From Amoebidium appalachense (Eukaryota > Protista > Ichthyosporea): a stretch of DNA of 64,000 nucleotides. The notes below the pieces were generated by a model. It did not search any database and was not told where the DNA came from. It saw nothing but the letters and a program-made list of their open reading frames with translations. Below are positions 1 through 12,694 of this stretch, one piece after another. Positions within the stretch are counted from its first letter, which is position 1. Every line of letters begins with the position of its first letter. Where the stretch lies: positions 14,308,418 through 14,372,417 of the forward strand of contig CAVNZM010000001.1 in NCBI GenBank assembly GCA_963693365.1. The letters are read 5' to 3'. The position numbers were made by a program, and so were the translations under genes.

Positions 1-106
1 ATCAACATAGGACACCAGTACAGCACTGATGATGAAAGTTCCACCCGAGTCTATGCTATAGCTATTTCTACAAACCATCCCCCCCCCCCCCCCCCCCCCC
101 CCAAAC

Positions 107-149
<43 letters not shown>

Positions 150-1500
150 ACCACCACCACCACCACCACCACCACCACCACCAAAAAAAGAAAAGAAAAA
201 GAAAAAGAAAAAGAAGAAAAGAAAGAAGAAAAGAAAAAAATTACAACCACCACCAAAAGAGAGAGAGAGAAAGACACACACAGAGAGAGAGAGAGGGGGG
301 GGAGGGGGGGGGGGAGATAGAGAGAGAGAGAAGGGGGGGGGGAGAGAGGGGGGGGAGGAGGGGGGGAGGGGGGGAGAGAGGGGGGAGGGGGGGGGGGGGG
401 GAGAGAGAGAGGGAGAGAGAGAGATGGGGGGGGGGGGGGGGGGGGGGGGGAAGGGAGGGAGCTCCGAGGGAGAGAAAGAGAGATAGAGAGCGAGAGGGAG
501 AGAAAAAGAAAACTAAAGAAAAAACAAAGAAACAACTTAAGAAGTGTGCCTATCTCAAAAAGCAAAACAGCCTAGGGTGGACAATTCAACTCGCATTCTT
601 TCTCATGGCATTCAACAGTGCTCCAACTACGCCCATTTCAACTTCCTGTGCATTTTCCGTTCTCGTGCAAGACATGTCATTTAGCTTAGGGGGGTTTTCC
701 CCACTTCTCCCAAAACAAGCCAAACACTTGGTACCTAAATACGGTTATGTCACCCCAATTTTGGGGAATCCACCTTAACCCCTGCCTACTCATGTCCACA
801 ACACGACTATTGCGTGGTGTGCCAAACGCCGCATCAAACTACGGAATGTGAATTGTCAGCTTTTCTTTCCATATATGCGCTAGCTAGGGTACAGGTGTAT
901 GCCTGCAACCAGACCTTTCATGGCTTGGATTCGATAAAACACGCAATGCCTTCTTACATGCATTACATACCACAGGCTTCAATAAGGGGTCCTCCTCTGC
1001 TTCTCTTTGGATGCCCAGCACCTGAAAGCCACATTTCTCAGATGATCTCTGACCAACCAGCAGGCCACGTTCGCCCAATCACCCAGCTGCAGGTCAAGCA
1101 AGAAAGATAAACAAGAAAGACAGACAGCGGCAGGCACAACCATGCTCGTGATCACATGCACAACCACATGCATTCCACACATCCTTACGTGTTTATACGT
1201 AGTTTCGGCCCACATGGAACATGATGCCTGCTGCGGCCAAAGCCACATCGAAATTCGTATTTTTGTGCGGGCCACTGTATCTCCCTATTGACGTATGTAC
1301 CCATGCATGTCCCCCCCCCCCCCCCCCCCCCTCCCCCCCCCCCCCCCCCCCCCCCCCCGCCACCCACTCCCTCCCTGCCTCCCTCCCCATTAAAAACCTG
1401 GGTGCCTTAAGCCTTACTAAGTATGTCAGAGTGTCAAGACTTAAGTCGTCATCATATATGACGTCACACTGATTTGCTACCATATGTCTGTGTGTGTGTG

Positions 1501-1533
<33 letters not shown>

Positions 1534-2740
1534 AATAAAAAATCACGTTTTGTTCCCGGAGGGCCTTTACAGGCCCACAAGGGAACTACCCTTTCCCGCA
1601 CGGCACCGACAGTACCCTGGTTAGGCTAGCAATATGCCTAGTTAGACTAAACCTATCGTTATCTATCCTAACCATTAGTACACACTTTGCCCAGGATTAC
1701 TACCCCAGCCACTCCGGTAGAGGCACCAGTCCTCCGGGCCCTCCAATCAAATCCTACAATTAAACGTCAATCACGGGCTCTCATTGTTGATCTGCGGTAG
1801 CGGAATGTCCGGTGGTGTATGTGTGTCATCTACGGTGGTAGGGGTGTATGATGGGGTGGGGTGATGGGTGGGGGGTTGCTTCCTAATAGAATGCGGTCTT
1901 GTACATATTTGGTGGCTATGACATTATTATGGGCTAGGGTTTTCGGGTTGCAAAGATCTGCGGGTCTGTGTGTGTGCCGGCAGTCGGGCCATGCTGACCG
2001 GGTGTGGGTGGGGTGTGTGTGTGTGTGGCTTTTGGGTTTGTGTGGTGCTGGGTTTTTCTTCCTACGGGTTGTGGCTGTGTGGTGGCGTGGTGTCTTTGCA
2101 TTTTGGGGTGGGTGGGGGGAAGTGTACATGTTGTGTTACGTGGGTGCCATATTTTTGAAAAGAAATAAGCCTGCAGTTCTACCGTAATTTTGCCGATGAT
2201 GGCCCGAATTGTGGATTCGGTGGTGCCGGTGTCTCGGAGCAGTGGGCCAACCGATCGTGGGCGAAAACCCGGTTCCACCCATGTGACGTCCTTGGGGTCC
2301 GGTCGGTCTCCTCGTCCCCCTATCCAGTGGATCCATGCACTCTGGTCTACCACCGTAGCTGCCGTGTGTCTGTGCCGTGCCGTGGGGGTTTTCGGGTGCC
2401 GAGTGTGCAGGGTGTCTTGGATGCAGTCTGTGATTGCCGTAGGGAGGGTGGGGGCTTCCCCTGCATATGTAGGGCGTTCCCAAAGATGGGTTGTGGTCCC
2501 CGGTGCTTGGTTACACCGGGGGCAGGTGGGTTGGTTGACGACGGTGGGGGTGGTCTCTGTGTAGTCGGAACATGGTAGACAGGGTGCCCATGGCCAGAGA
2601 TAGACTCCGGGTGTTGTCTTTGACTGCTCGGATGGATGCCTGGGCCGGACCGTTGTTGAGCTTAAGGGGCCCGAATTTCCGTTCGGCTGGGAGCAGTCTG
2701 GGGTCGGTGAGTACGGACATACTTTCCTTGTCAACAATCC
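1501..2740 (-). mobile_element. 5'-truncated, degenerate non-LTR retrotransposon (L1/Tx1-like ORF2 C-terminus, 3' UTR and poly(A))
   Basis: Minus-strand frames give SLAMGTLSTMFRLHRDHP, then after a frameshift near 2530 CPRCNQAPGTTTHLW (decayed CxxC..ETxxH..C zinc motif that follows RT) and KIWHPRN (IWxxRN motif of L1-clade ORF2). These are followed by ~300 bp of UTR, a stem-loop at 1552-1586 and a 29-nt A tail (T run 1501-1529). No TSD identified. Confidence 0.7.
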
Positions 2741-2882
2741 ATTGCCTTTTTTGTCCTTCTTTCCATTCCTCACTTCCACCCTGCTCAACTTCTTCCCTCC
2801 CTCCCTCCCACCAGGGAGTTTTTTCGTTCCCTTCTCCCTAAGTCTTCGCCTCCCCTCCCCCTCCCCCCCTTTTCCCCCTCCC

Positions 2883-2916
<34 letters not shown>

Positions 2917-2949
2917 TTAACACCCTCCATTTCTCCCTCCCTTCCCTCT

Positions 2950-3125
2950 TTTCTTGTTTTCCATCTAACTTCCTCCATACCCGGGTTTTCAGATCACTCT
3001 GAGTACTACGCTCACAGCTCGAAATATCCCCCCCCCTCCCCCCCCCCCCCCACCCTCCCTTCTACGACCCCAATACAAAACAAAACTTTGGAAAATCCCG
3101 GGAATAGGGGCCCCCTATCTCCCCC
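2950..3125. repeat. Dispersed repeat family A, copy 1
   Basis: Blocks cttgtttt..ctaacttcctcc..ttttcagatcact..gagtactac, a C run, and gaaaatcccgggaat.gggg..ccctatc recur at 14705-14895. Both copies are followed by (GT)n. Confidence 0.7.
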
Positions 3126-3137
3126 CCTCCCCTCTCT

Positions 3138-3223
<86 letters not shown>

Positions 3224-3285
3224 TGTATGTGAGTGTGTGTGTGTGTGTGTATATATGTTTGTGTGTGTGTGTATGTTTGTGTGTC

Positions 3286-3332
<47 letters not shown>

Positions 3333-3770
3333 TGTAGTGTTGTGTTGTGCTCCCATAGTAGTCTAATCTTGCTTGATGCATGGATGTGATTGCTACTTGT
3401 ACAAAGTTTCCAAGTAGGGCTGGTAACCTTTTCCCAGAGAACCAATGTGAACATCCATTCGGGCACTGTTTTCTTTGGCTATCATTACAACACCCTCCTT
3501 GCTAACGATAGGGGTGGAGCTCTATTACCGTACTAATTTTCTGGTTGGTGTTTCGTGTTTTGTGTGTAATTGTATGTGTATGGTGGTGGGAGTGGCTTCG
3601 ATTTGCAAAGGGGTTTTTTGGGGGGTTGGGAGAGGCGGTAGCTAAAACAAACTAAATTCAAAAGACATGAACGGGGGGGGGGGGGGGGAGGGGGGGGGAG
3701 CATCGAAGATCGCAACTCGATCCCTGTACTGGTCGATTTTTAATTTGTCTTGTAATGGTTCATGCATATT

Positions 3771-3815
<45 letters not shown>

Positions 3816-3928
3816 ACGATCATACATACTATGCATACTCTTCAAGTTTGTGCTTGCTCTGCAAAATAACGGTTTGACAATGTGTTGTCCGTCGGATTGT
3901 GTACTTCGTACTCTGTAACACATTCTAA

Positions 3929-3966
<38 letters not shown>

Positions 3967-4234
3967 ACACACACACCCACACACACACGCACACACGTGA
4001 CACACAACACACACATGCACACACAAACACACAACACATCCATCACAACCACCACCGACTGTCCTTAGGGGAGTTGTGTGTGCTGTAAAGCATTGTTGTA
4101 TTTGATGGTTGTGTTCATCGTTGTGTATCTTGTGCCCTAGTGTGTAATTGCATTCTAGAACCCCCCCCCCCCCCCCCCCCCCAACACACACACAAAAAAA
4201 AAAAATTTCCGAGCAACACATACGGGCACATGCC

Positions 4235-4272
<38 letters not shown>

Positions 4273-4337
4273 AAAGAAAAGAGCTTACGTATACCCACCG
4301 ACATACAAGCGTGCAAACACACACACACACACACAAA

Positions 4338-4405
<68 letters not shown>

Positions 4406-4852
4406 CACTCACACTCGCACTCAACACACAACCGCTATCAAAGAAGGAAGCAAGTAGGCAACAGACAGACACACACACGTATACTACACCACCACAAAAC
4501 CTCATTATTTATTTATTTGAGGACAAACAGGACGGGGGCTAGAGAAAGATGTAACAGTGTGTGCCTGCGCGAGTCAAACAGCTCTCGGTGAAGGCGTTAT
4601 GATGCACCGTGACATGTGTTGTTGTGCCAGTATCGACGAGGATGGGTTGGGGGGAAGCGGAGAAGGGTGGTATGTGTGTGCGTGCGTGTTGTTGTGTGTG
4701 GGTCGGGAGGGAGAAGTGTGTTTTTGTGTGTGTGTGTGGGGGGGGGGGGGGGGGGGGGGGGGGGGGAGGGGGGAAGATTAGATCTACCATTCTATTGTCT
4801 CTTCACCACCACCACCACCACCTCCACCCCCTCCCCCCCCTCCCCTTCCCCC

Positions 4853-4883
<31 letters not shown>

Positions 4884-5432
4884 AAAAAAATCTCTTCAAC
4901 AGGGAGAGAAAACACGGAAGGTTTCAGCATCGTGGCTCAGTCTGCATTTCTTTCGAAGTGTGGTTGTGTAGTGTCTTGCGTAAGACACGCGACAAATCGG
5001 TCATGGTTTTAGAGTACGTTATGGTGCGTGAATGCAAGAGCTTTGAAGTGTGTGTTCTGGCTTGGTTTCGTGTGATTTGTGTTCTCTCTCGCCTTCTTTT
5101 TTTTTTTAATAAAAAAAAAACGGGTTAGGCTTTGGTTTCTTATTGAGGGGCCCCTACGGGTGGTGTGCGTGTGTATTGTGTGTGTGGGGGGGGAGGTGTG
5201 TGTGTGTGGGGGGGGGGGGGGGGGGGGGGGTTTGTCAAGTCCGAAATGTGAAACGGAAGGGGGTTTTTTTGGGGACGGGTATAAGGCCTTGGATCATGCC
5301 CGTCCATAGCACACTCTCGCCCCCCCCCCCCCCCCCCCCCCCCCCCCACCCCTCTCTCTAGATCGCTCTCTCTCTTCTCTTACTCCCTCCCTCCCTCCCT
5401 CTCCCTCTCCCTCTCTCTCTTCGCTGAGACTC

Positions 5433-5468
<36 letters not shown>

Positions 5469-6236
5469 CTCCCTCTCCTCTCTCTCTCCCTCTCTCTCTC
5501 TCTCTCCCTCTCTCCCTCTCTCCCCCCCCTCTCTCTCTCTCTCTCCGCCAGTGTGGCCCTTTTGGGGCCCGAGGGCAGGTGGGTGGCCGGATGGTCGTGA
5601 TGGGCTGTGGAAGAATGCTGTGTGTATGTGATAGAGGAGGGGCCGCCGGGGAAAGGGGGGGGGGGGGGGGGGGGGACTGGTCATGTAGGGAGGAAGGGGG
5701 GGAGAGGAGGGGGGAAAGGGGGGGGCGGGGGGAGGGGGGGCTGAGGGAGGAAATACTGCTACCTTCTGAGGTAGCTCTTAATTTTCAAGGAGACGCGGAC
5801 GATACGGAGAGGGGCTGATCACGTGACTCGCCTACCTTAAAAATTGGCATCAGCCAGCGTCGATTTATCGTACATAGGCTAGAGGGCACAGTCAGTACGT
5901 GCCAGTAGGAAATACCTCTTTTTCCCCATTCATCCGGTCACAGAAACATCAGCAGACACCGTCACGTTGCTTAAAACATTTTTTTTCCGACCCTCAATTC
6001 ACCGGTTCTCCCCCCCGGTTCTGCCCGGAAAGGGGGTCATCCATCGTCCGCCGAACTCCCCCACCGGGGAACCGGCCGGTCGCCTGCTGGCCGGTTTCAC
6101 AGCGACCCTCCAACACAGGTCCAAACCATAAGTTTGCCTATACTGCCATGGTGAAGAGGGTGTCGAGAGAGGGGGGGGGGGGGGTTTGGTTGGTCTAAGT
6201 TACGGTGGTACTTACAAGTGGATCCGGGCGGGGTCA

Positions 6237-6746
6237 TCTTTATCATAAAAATCTAGTCTCTCTCCTTTTTTTTTGTGATTGTATTGTCCACGATGATGTT
6301 GCATAAGGACGGTATAGGTTTAAAAAGGATGAATCATTGATCACGAATGGTTCACATGCACATGGCGAGTTGAGGCGACCTATCAGCGTGCGTAGTACTA
6401 AAAGCAAAGGTTCACGCCATGCATGATTGTTAGAGTACTGCCGCCCAAGGTATCCTTAAGAACATTTCTCTTATTGGTCTCCTTATCTTACGTCATATCA
6501 GCGAAATGAACAAAAGAGAGACTATTTCTGGCCGCCCATGGACCTTGGACTTTCTTTTATTGGTCTCCTTATCTTACGTTATATAAGGAAAATGGACAAA
6601 GGAGAAACTATTTCTGGCCGCCCATGGAATGATCATCTCAAGAACTTTCATTTATTGGTCTCCTGATCTTGCGTCAAATCACGGAAATGAACAAAAGAGA
6701 GACTAAACAATCAAGCTATGGCTCGGCCGCATCGCAACTCCACTAG
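6237..6746 (+). mobile_element. Probable non-autonomous Helitron
   Basis: Begins A|TCTTTATCATAAAAATC and ends in an imperfect GC hairpin (6715-6735, gctatggctcggccgcatcgc), 7 nt, then CTAG|T. Sits between A and T with no TSD and carries internal tandem repeats. Confidence 0.5.
6451..6705. repeat. Three diverged ~90-bp tandem repeats
   Basis: Unit ttattggtctcctt/gatcttrcgtyawat..gaaatgracaaargagaracta(tttctggccgcccatgga) occurs three times. Confidence 0.9.
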
Positions 6747-6866
6747 TTCTAAACGGAAAAAGGAATCCCGTGAAGACCAATGATTACGTTTGTGGACAAA
6801 AAAAACAACCAGGGTACCCATATAAAGAAACCGCCCGAGTAAAAAAAATACAGAGGCACATATGTC

Positions 6867-9282
6867 TCAAGGCATCACTTCTCTCAGAATGTCCCTAGAT
6901 TTTTTCATGTACGTTGCACCCAAAGTTCCCGTTGTGGTCTGACCCCACCCGTAGCTCCACAGGCCAATGCCCCCGGTCACGGGCAAACTGGCCACCGACG
7001 ATAATTTGGATCTGAGCACGTCCGGGCTAAGGTATCCCGTCCCAGCCGCCTTTGCTGCGGCAGGGACGGTAAGGTACAATTTTGTGTTGGATCCGGCCAA
7101 GTCCCTGTTGTAGTTGTTGAAGATTTCGGTGATGAGACCTTCGCAGCCATTGTAAAATTGGTAAAGAATAAAGTCGAAGATTTTGGCTTCGCTAAGCGCA
7201 TGTCTGCTGTAATCGCCAAAGAAGCCCTTAAGTGTGTTAACCCCTGCACCGCAGTGGGGGTCTACGGAGAGAAGTGCGTTTGCTGCACGGCTGCGCAGCT
7301 GGCGAGCAAAAGTGACCCACTCTGCTGCTTCGGTAGAAATTTGTGTTTCCAAATTCAAATCTATGCCGTCAAACTGCGTGCCATAACGGAACACATTCCC
7401 ACCTCTTCCCGACAGGAACTCCTCGTATATCATGTCGGCGAATTTTGCCCCGGAGCCCGGTGCCAGGCTATACGTATTTCGGTCAGTTCCCCCCAGAGAG
7501 AGCATGACCTTAACGCCTTGTGCTCTGCATGTACGAACACTGTCGGCTATCTCAACCAAATTCCAGTGGCAGGCCAAATTTAGATCGGCCGCGGTGGGTG
7601 CGCGCAGCCCGTCGAACTTGAGCAGCGATGATAAGATGATAACATCAGGATGGTCCCCGCTCAAGCACGCTTCTGCTAGAGGTTTCTCGAAGCATCCGTC
7701 CAGGTTTTCTTCCTGGTTCTGGCCCCACCACACAATCAACTTTCCTTTGCTGCTTTGAGTGGGTGTCACGACACTGCCGGTACCACCGGTAGTACCACTG
7801 CCTGTGACGCCAGATGGAAAGTTAGATTTTAGATCACCGAATCAATCGGAACAGGAATTGTTGAACCATGATCATGATTATACCATCGGAACACCGAGAC
7901 TAGTAATGCTGCTATACGTGAGCAACACAGAGGCCGTTGATGGTGTACGTTTTCGTACAATGTGGTTGTGGCAGGAGTGGGGGAGAGAGGAGAAAGGGGG
8001 CGGGCAAGGGGGGGAGGAGGGGGGGAGGGGGAGGGGTTACAGGTAATTTCTAATCTTAAGCAAGTGATGTGGGGGAAGAAGTGTTTATTACAGGAATTCG
8101 AAATGGAGGTTGGACGTGGTGGAAGGGGAAGAGGGGGGGGGGGGGGGGGGGGGGGTGCAGACGGTCAGAAGCGGGTATGGAAAGCCCGGCTGGACGAGAA
8201 TGGTGGAGCAGATACTTGACCCAGGCAGGTGGGGGGGAAGGAGAGGGGGGGGGGGGGGGGGGGGGGGGGGGGTTGCATACTAGTAGTACAGAGTTTGACG
8301 GTCTGGCCGACCTGCAGGGCGTCGCAATTGATGGTGGGGTTGGAATTCTTGATGTCATCCACAGTCAGGCCGTTGCTGCTAGCAATGGCCCAGCACGTGT
8401 CCCCGGATGCAACCGTGTACGACTTGCAGCCATCAGTCTGAGTACTCACTGAGCTGCAATACGCTGCAGGTGTGTGACATGTCAGTGGTTGTGTCAGGTG
8501 CTGAATCAACATTACAAATGGCTTTCTGAGTACGTGATACAGCATTGCTTTCCAAGGAGAGTTGGGGGGTTGGGGTGGGGGTGGGGTGGGGGTGGGGAGG
8601 GGGGGGGGGGGGGGGGGGGGGGGGCTGCAGACGGTCAGAAGCGGATATGGAAAGCCCGGCTGGAGGAGGAAGGTGGCGCTGACACTTGGCCCAGGCAGGT
8701 GGGGGGGAACGGGGGGGAGGGGGGGGGGGGGGGGGGGGTTGCATACAGAGTTTGACGGTCTGGCCGATCTGCAGGCTGTCGCAATTGAGGTCGGGGTTGA
8801 ATCTCTTGATGTCATCAACAGTGAGGCCGTTGCTGGTAGCAATGGCCCAGCACGAGTCCCCGGATGCAACCGTGTACGACTTGCAGCTATCAGTACTCAA
8901 GCTGCGCCCTGCAGATGGGTGACAAGTCAGTGGCTGTGTGAGGTGCAGAATCAAATTTATACATGGCTTTCTGTGTACGTGATACAGCACCGCTTTCCAG
9001 GAGAGTTGGGGGGTTGGGGTGGTGGGGTTGGGTGGGGGTGGGGTTCGGGGGGGGGGGCCGGAAGAAGACCCAGTAGCAGACCTGAAACAAGATTGCCCTC
9101 CAGCAAAGCTCGTAACGCGGCAGTCAACGACTCAGGCAGGGGCTCACACCCTGTAGATGAGTGAGATGTGAGTGGCTGTGCGAGGTGCATATCGAATGAT
9201 GATTGATTTGGCAAATGGCACTGAGTTGCAATAAGAATGGTGTTTTTCTTTTGTTTTATATTGTTTTTGTTTTCATCCACGG

Positions 9283-9317
<35 letters not shown>

Positions 9318-9386
9318 AGGGGGGGGGGGGTTGGCAAAAGAAAAGCTACCAAGCAGCACCATCACCATGGCTATTACTACCGTTAC
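6867..9386 (-). CDS. Secreted chitinase: signal peptide + 2 LysM + class III (hevamine/Cts1-like) GH18 domain
   Basis: Frame-consistent phase-1 GT-AG exons: 9386-9350 (VTVVIAMVMVLL), 9150-9082, 8908-8747 (LysM1 CKSYTVASGDSCWAIA..NPDLNCDSLQIGQTVKL), 8463-8281 (LysM2), 7801-6867. Catalytic exon motifs IVWWGQN, KVMLSLGG, FDGIDLNLE, YQFYN, LYLTVPAAAKAAGTGYL, GGIGLWS. Start codon unresolved (ATG candidates at 9368, 9424, 9775). Confidence 0.93.
8150..9020. repeat. Tandem ~470-bp duplication of the LysM exon with its flanking intron sequence
   Basis: Intron block gcagacggtcagaagcgg.tatggaaagcccggctgga..cccaggcaggtggggggg at ~8157 and ~8627; block tggctttctg.gtacgtgatacagca..gctttcca.g.gagttggggg at ~8519 and ~8964. 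Confidence 0.92.
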
Positions 9387-10463
9387 CTTGCAAAAATGGA
9401 GAAGGCTTGTTTCAAAAGAAACATCCAAAGTTCTGTCCCCTCCCCCCTCTCCCCACTCCCCACTCCCCCCCCCCCCCCCCCCCGTTCCGGGACCCCAGGT
9501 CTGGCAGCGGGCAAGCCACACACTTGTACGTCACACACACACAGATGCACGCTGTGACCTTGTTGACACACAGTAACGCTCTGCACACACACACACACAC
9601 TTACACACACACACACACACATTCTTCACACACACACACGCGCGCACACGAACAACTCCGAGTCCGTTACACACACACATACACACACACAAGTACACAC
9701 ACACACGTACACACATGCGCACGCGCACGCGCACACATCACACTGCTAAAAATCTTTCAGTAACGACGTTCGCATCCACTTGACATATATGACGGTTTAC
9801 GCTCAAAGTGATGTGTGAGGCAATAATGCTTACCAGCCTGTCGTGGCTGCACGGAGTTGGCTCGCACATCGGTACCAATCCACGTCAAAGTAAACGCCGC
9901 ACAAACCACCGTTGCAGCGAATCTGTATTATTTCAAGGGGGTAGTAAGGGTCTCGGTCAGTACATACAGCACTGTGAGAAAACTAATATGATTCATGTTG
10001 GGATCATGTTGCACCACTCTTCTTTCGAGTATATAACACATGTGAAGAGTATACATGCATTGGCCCTTCAGAACGGAGTCAGCTGCAGCTGCAGAGTTAT
10101 CCTTCCGGCATAATAACCCACAGTACCGTTCCCGTTTCGACAACAACATGCATTTGCAGTTGCGGTATTCAGTCGATTACTGCCTTTCAGTCACTGCTGA
10201 CATGATATCATATATATGGGTGTCTGGTTTCTAGTTTGGCTATGGCCCCGTGACAAATTATCCAAGGGTAGGCAAAACTGCACCACTATACGTGAAATTT
10301 ATGCCTTGCATGAAGTTCTGCTGAGGCGGCGCAGTCTGCTTACCTGACAATCATAGCCTTTATATTTGCATCCATGGTCTTGGCTGGCCCTCAGGGCCGT
10401 TGGGAGTACAGTAAGCGTTCGGGTATTGAACACGACGTTGAGAACAAGGCAATCTGCCAGAGA

Positions 10464-11096
10464 TTTTGACTCTTGTCAGTTCAACCGTGCTTTGTGCCAC
10501 TAAATTTCGCCCTTTTGTACCCTGAGTCCTGGCCGACGTGAGCGGCAGGGATTGAAATTCAGCCCAAAAGTGTCGGTTTGTGTAGAGCTGAGTTGTCGTA
10601 TTTACGTTCGAAGATGCAAAAGGGGTCCCATACGAGTACATAGAGATCTCGAAATTTCAGTGAGATGCTTTCTTTTAAGTAGTTCCGGTAGCAAGTACCT
10701 ATGCGCCAACCATAAGTTTCAATGTATTATCACAGAAAAAAATTTCTGGCGGTTGCTTTTGCACTCCATAACTATCCGGGCGTGTGATTGCAATGCATTA
10801 GTGGGGTTTATAATAGCAAAATTTGTGATCCCCCACATACAACTTTCTTTGACTTTTCGGAAAACAGGGCTTCATATTCGTATTTTGTCACAGCACATAG
10901 CAAGCACATTCCATCGATATACTGGCCAAATATATATCTACCGTAACGTAGTCCTGCACCTGGATACGAACAAAAAAATCTCAGTTTGTTTTTGGCCGGG
11001 ATGGAATGTGCAGCTAAGATGGCTGGGATGCACATGACCTTCTTATCAAAGATAATAACATTATATATGCCATTAAAAAACTGACAAGAGTCAAAA
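10464..11096. repeat. 18-bp perfect inverted repeat pair bracketing ~600 bp of unique AT-rich DNA
   Basis: ttttgactcttgtcagtt (10464-10481) and aactgacaagagtcaaaa (11079-11096). Confidence 0.7.
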
Positions 11097-11189
11097 ACAC
11101 TAGTCGTACAGTACTACTGAGTGGTAGCTTGAAAATTTATCAATGTCCATCCATACCACCATCTTCTTATGTGTAGTAGTGCAACGGCC

Positions 11190-11720
<531 letters not shown>

Positions 11721-11806
11721 TCAGATTCTAGGGGGGGGGGGGGGAGGGGGGGAGGGGGGGGGGTAGAGGGACCGATAGCGTGGTACATACATGTACCGGT
11801 ACCATA

Positions 11807-11856
<50 letters not shown>

Positions 11857-12694
11857 GAGATATATTATGATACACGATGATCACACGCGGCCACTTAGTG
11901 GGTCACCTTGGCATGAGTGTGAGCTTTGGGAACGTGGTAGACCTACACAACAATTGCAACAGCTAGAGACACGCCGAGCGCCACGCGGATGACATAAACA
12001 TACTACCCTGTGCACCGTACAGCTCGAATTGTGTCATACGAATAGTTGTAAAACTGTCTTCCAGCGCAGCCAATCAGGTTTAGCCAGTCATTTGCCAGAC
12101 TGCCAGTGACATAACGTTCCCCCGAGTCCCGACCCTCATGATGACACACTTGCCTGGTGAGGCCCTGGACGTGCCAGTGTATTCCCGTTTATCACATTTA
12201 TCTTCGGAATCCGCCCGGGCGGTACCGTGCTGTCTGTATGCCATAACTAATATTAGATTCCAAAAAAAAAAAGAGATAAAGAAGTTTTGTATTTTTTTGT
12301 ATGGTCACCTTACTTTATTCTTTAGTTATGCGAGTGAAGAGAAATTACTACTGCACAGTCTGAGAAATTATATCCGCCTGACTGCTGCAGGCAAATATTC
12401 GAGCAAATATTTCACTTATTCAATGGTATGCAGCAGTTAAACGCTGGCTGGCCTTATTTGAGCTTTGAAAGCAAAAGTGCATCGATACCGTCTATTTTAG
12501 CTTGAATAGCACAAGGGCTCTGCCCTAGTCACTCTGAGTGCTGTCTCCCTGCGGCCTTTTCTTTTCTTTTCTTTTTTTTTTTTTTATGTTGCCGCAGGCG
12601 ACAGTCACTAGTAGACAATGTTCGATCGCGATCGTCCCGCAGCGTAGTCACTTGAAGAAGGCCTTGGAGCTCGAGAAGTCGAGAGTCCGAGACT

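Noticed and set aside
745-778. Possible TTAA-flanked transposon end (..ggggaatccacc|ttaa)
   Set aside because: No matching inverted terminus found in the window.
1-1022. Possible minus-strand exons (VLGIQREAEEDPLLKPV at ~1022-972; SGGTFIISAVLVSYVD at ~50-1)
   Set aside because: Splice signals are plausible but the peptides are short and unrecognisable, so no gene is supported.
10360-11037. ORFs of 75-161 aa in the AT-rich block
   Set aside because: No motifs, competing frames on both strands, and the longest lacks an ATG start.
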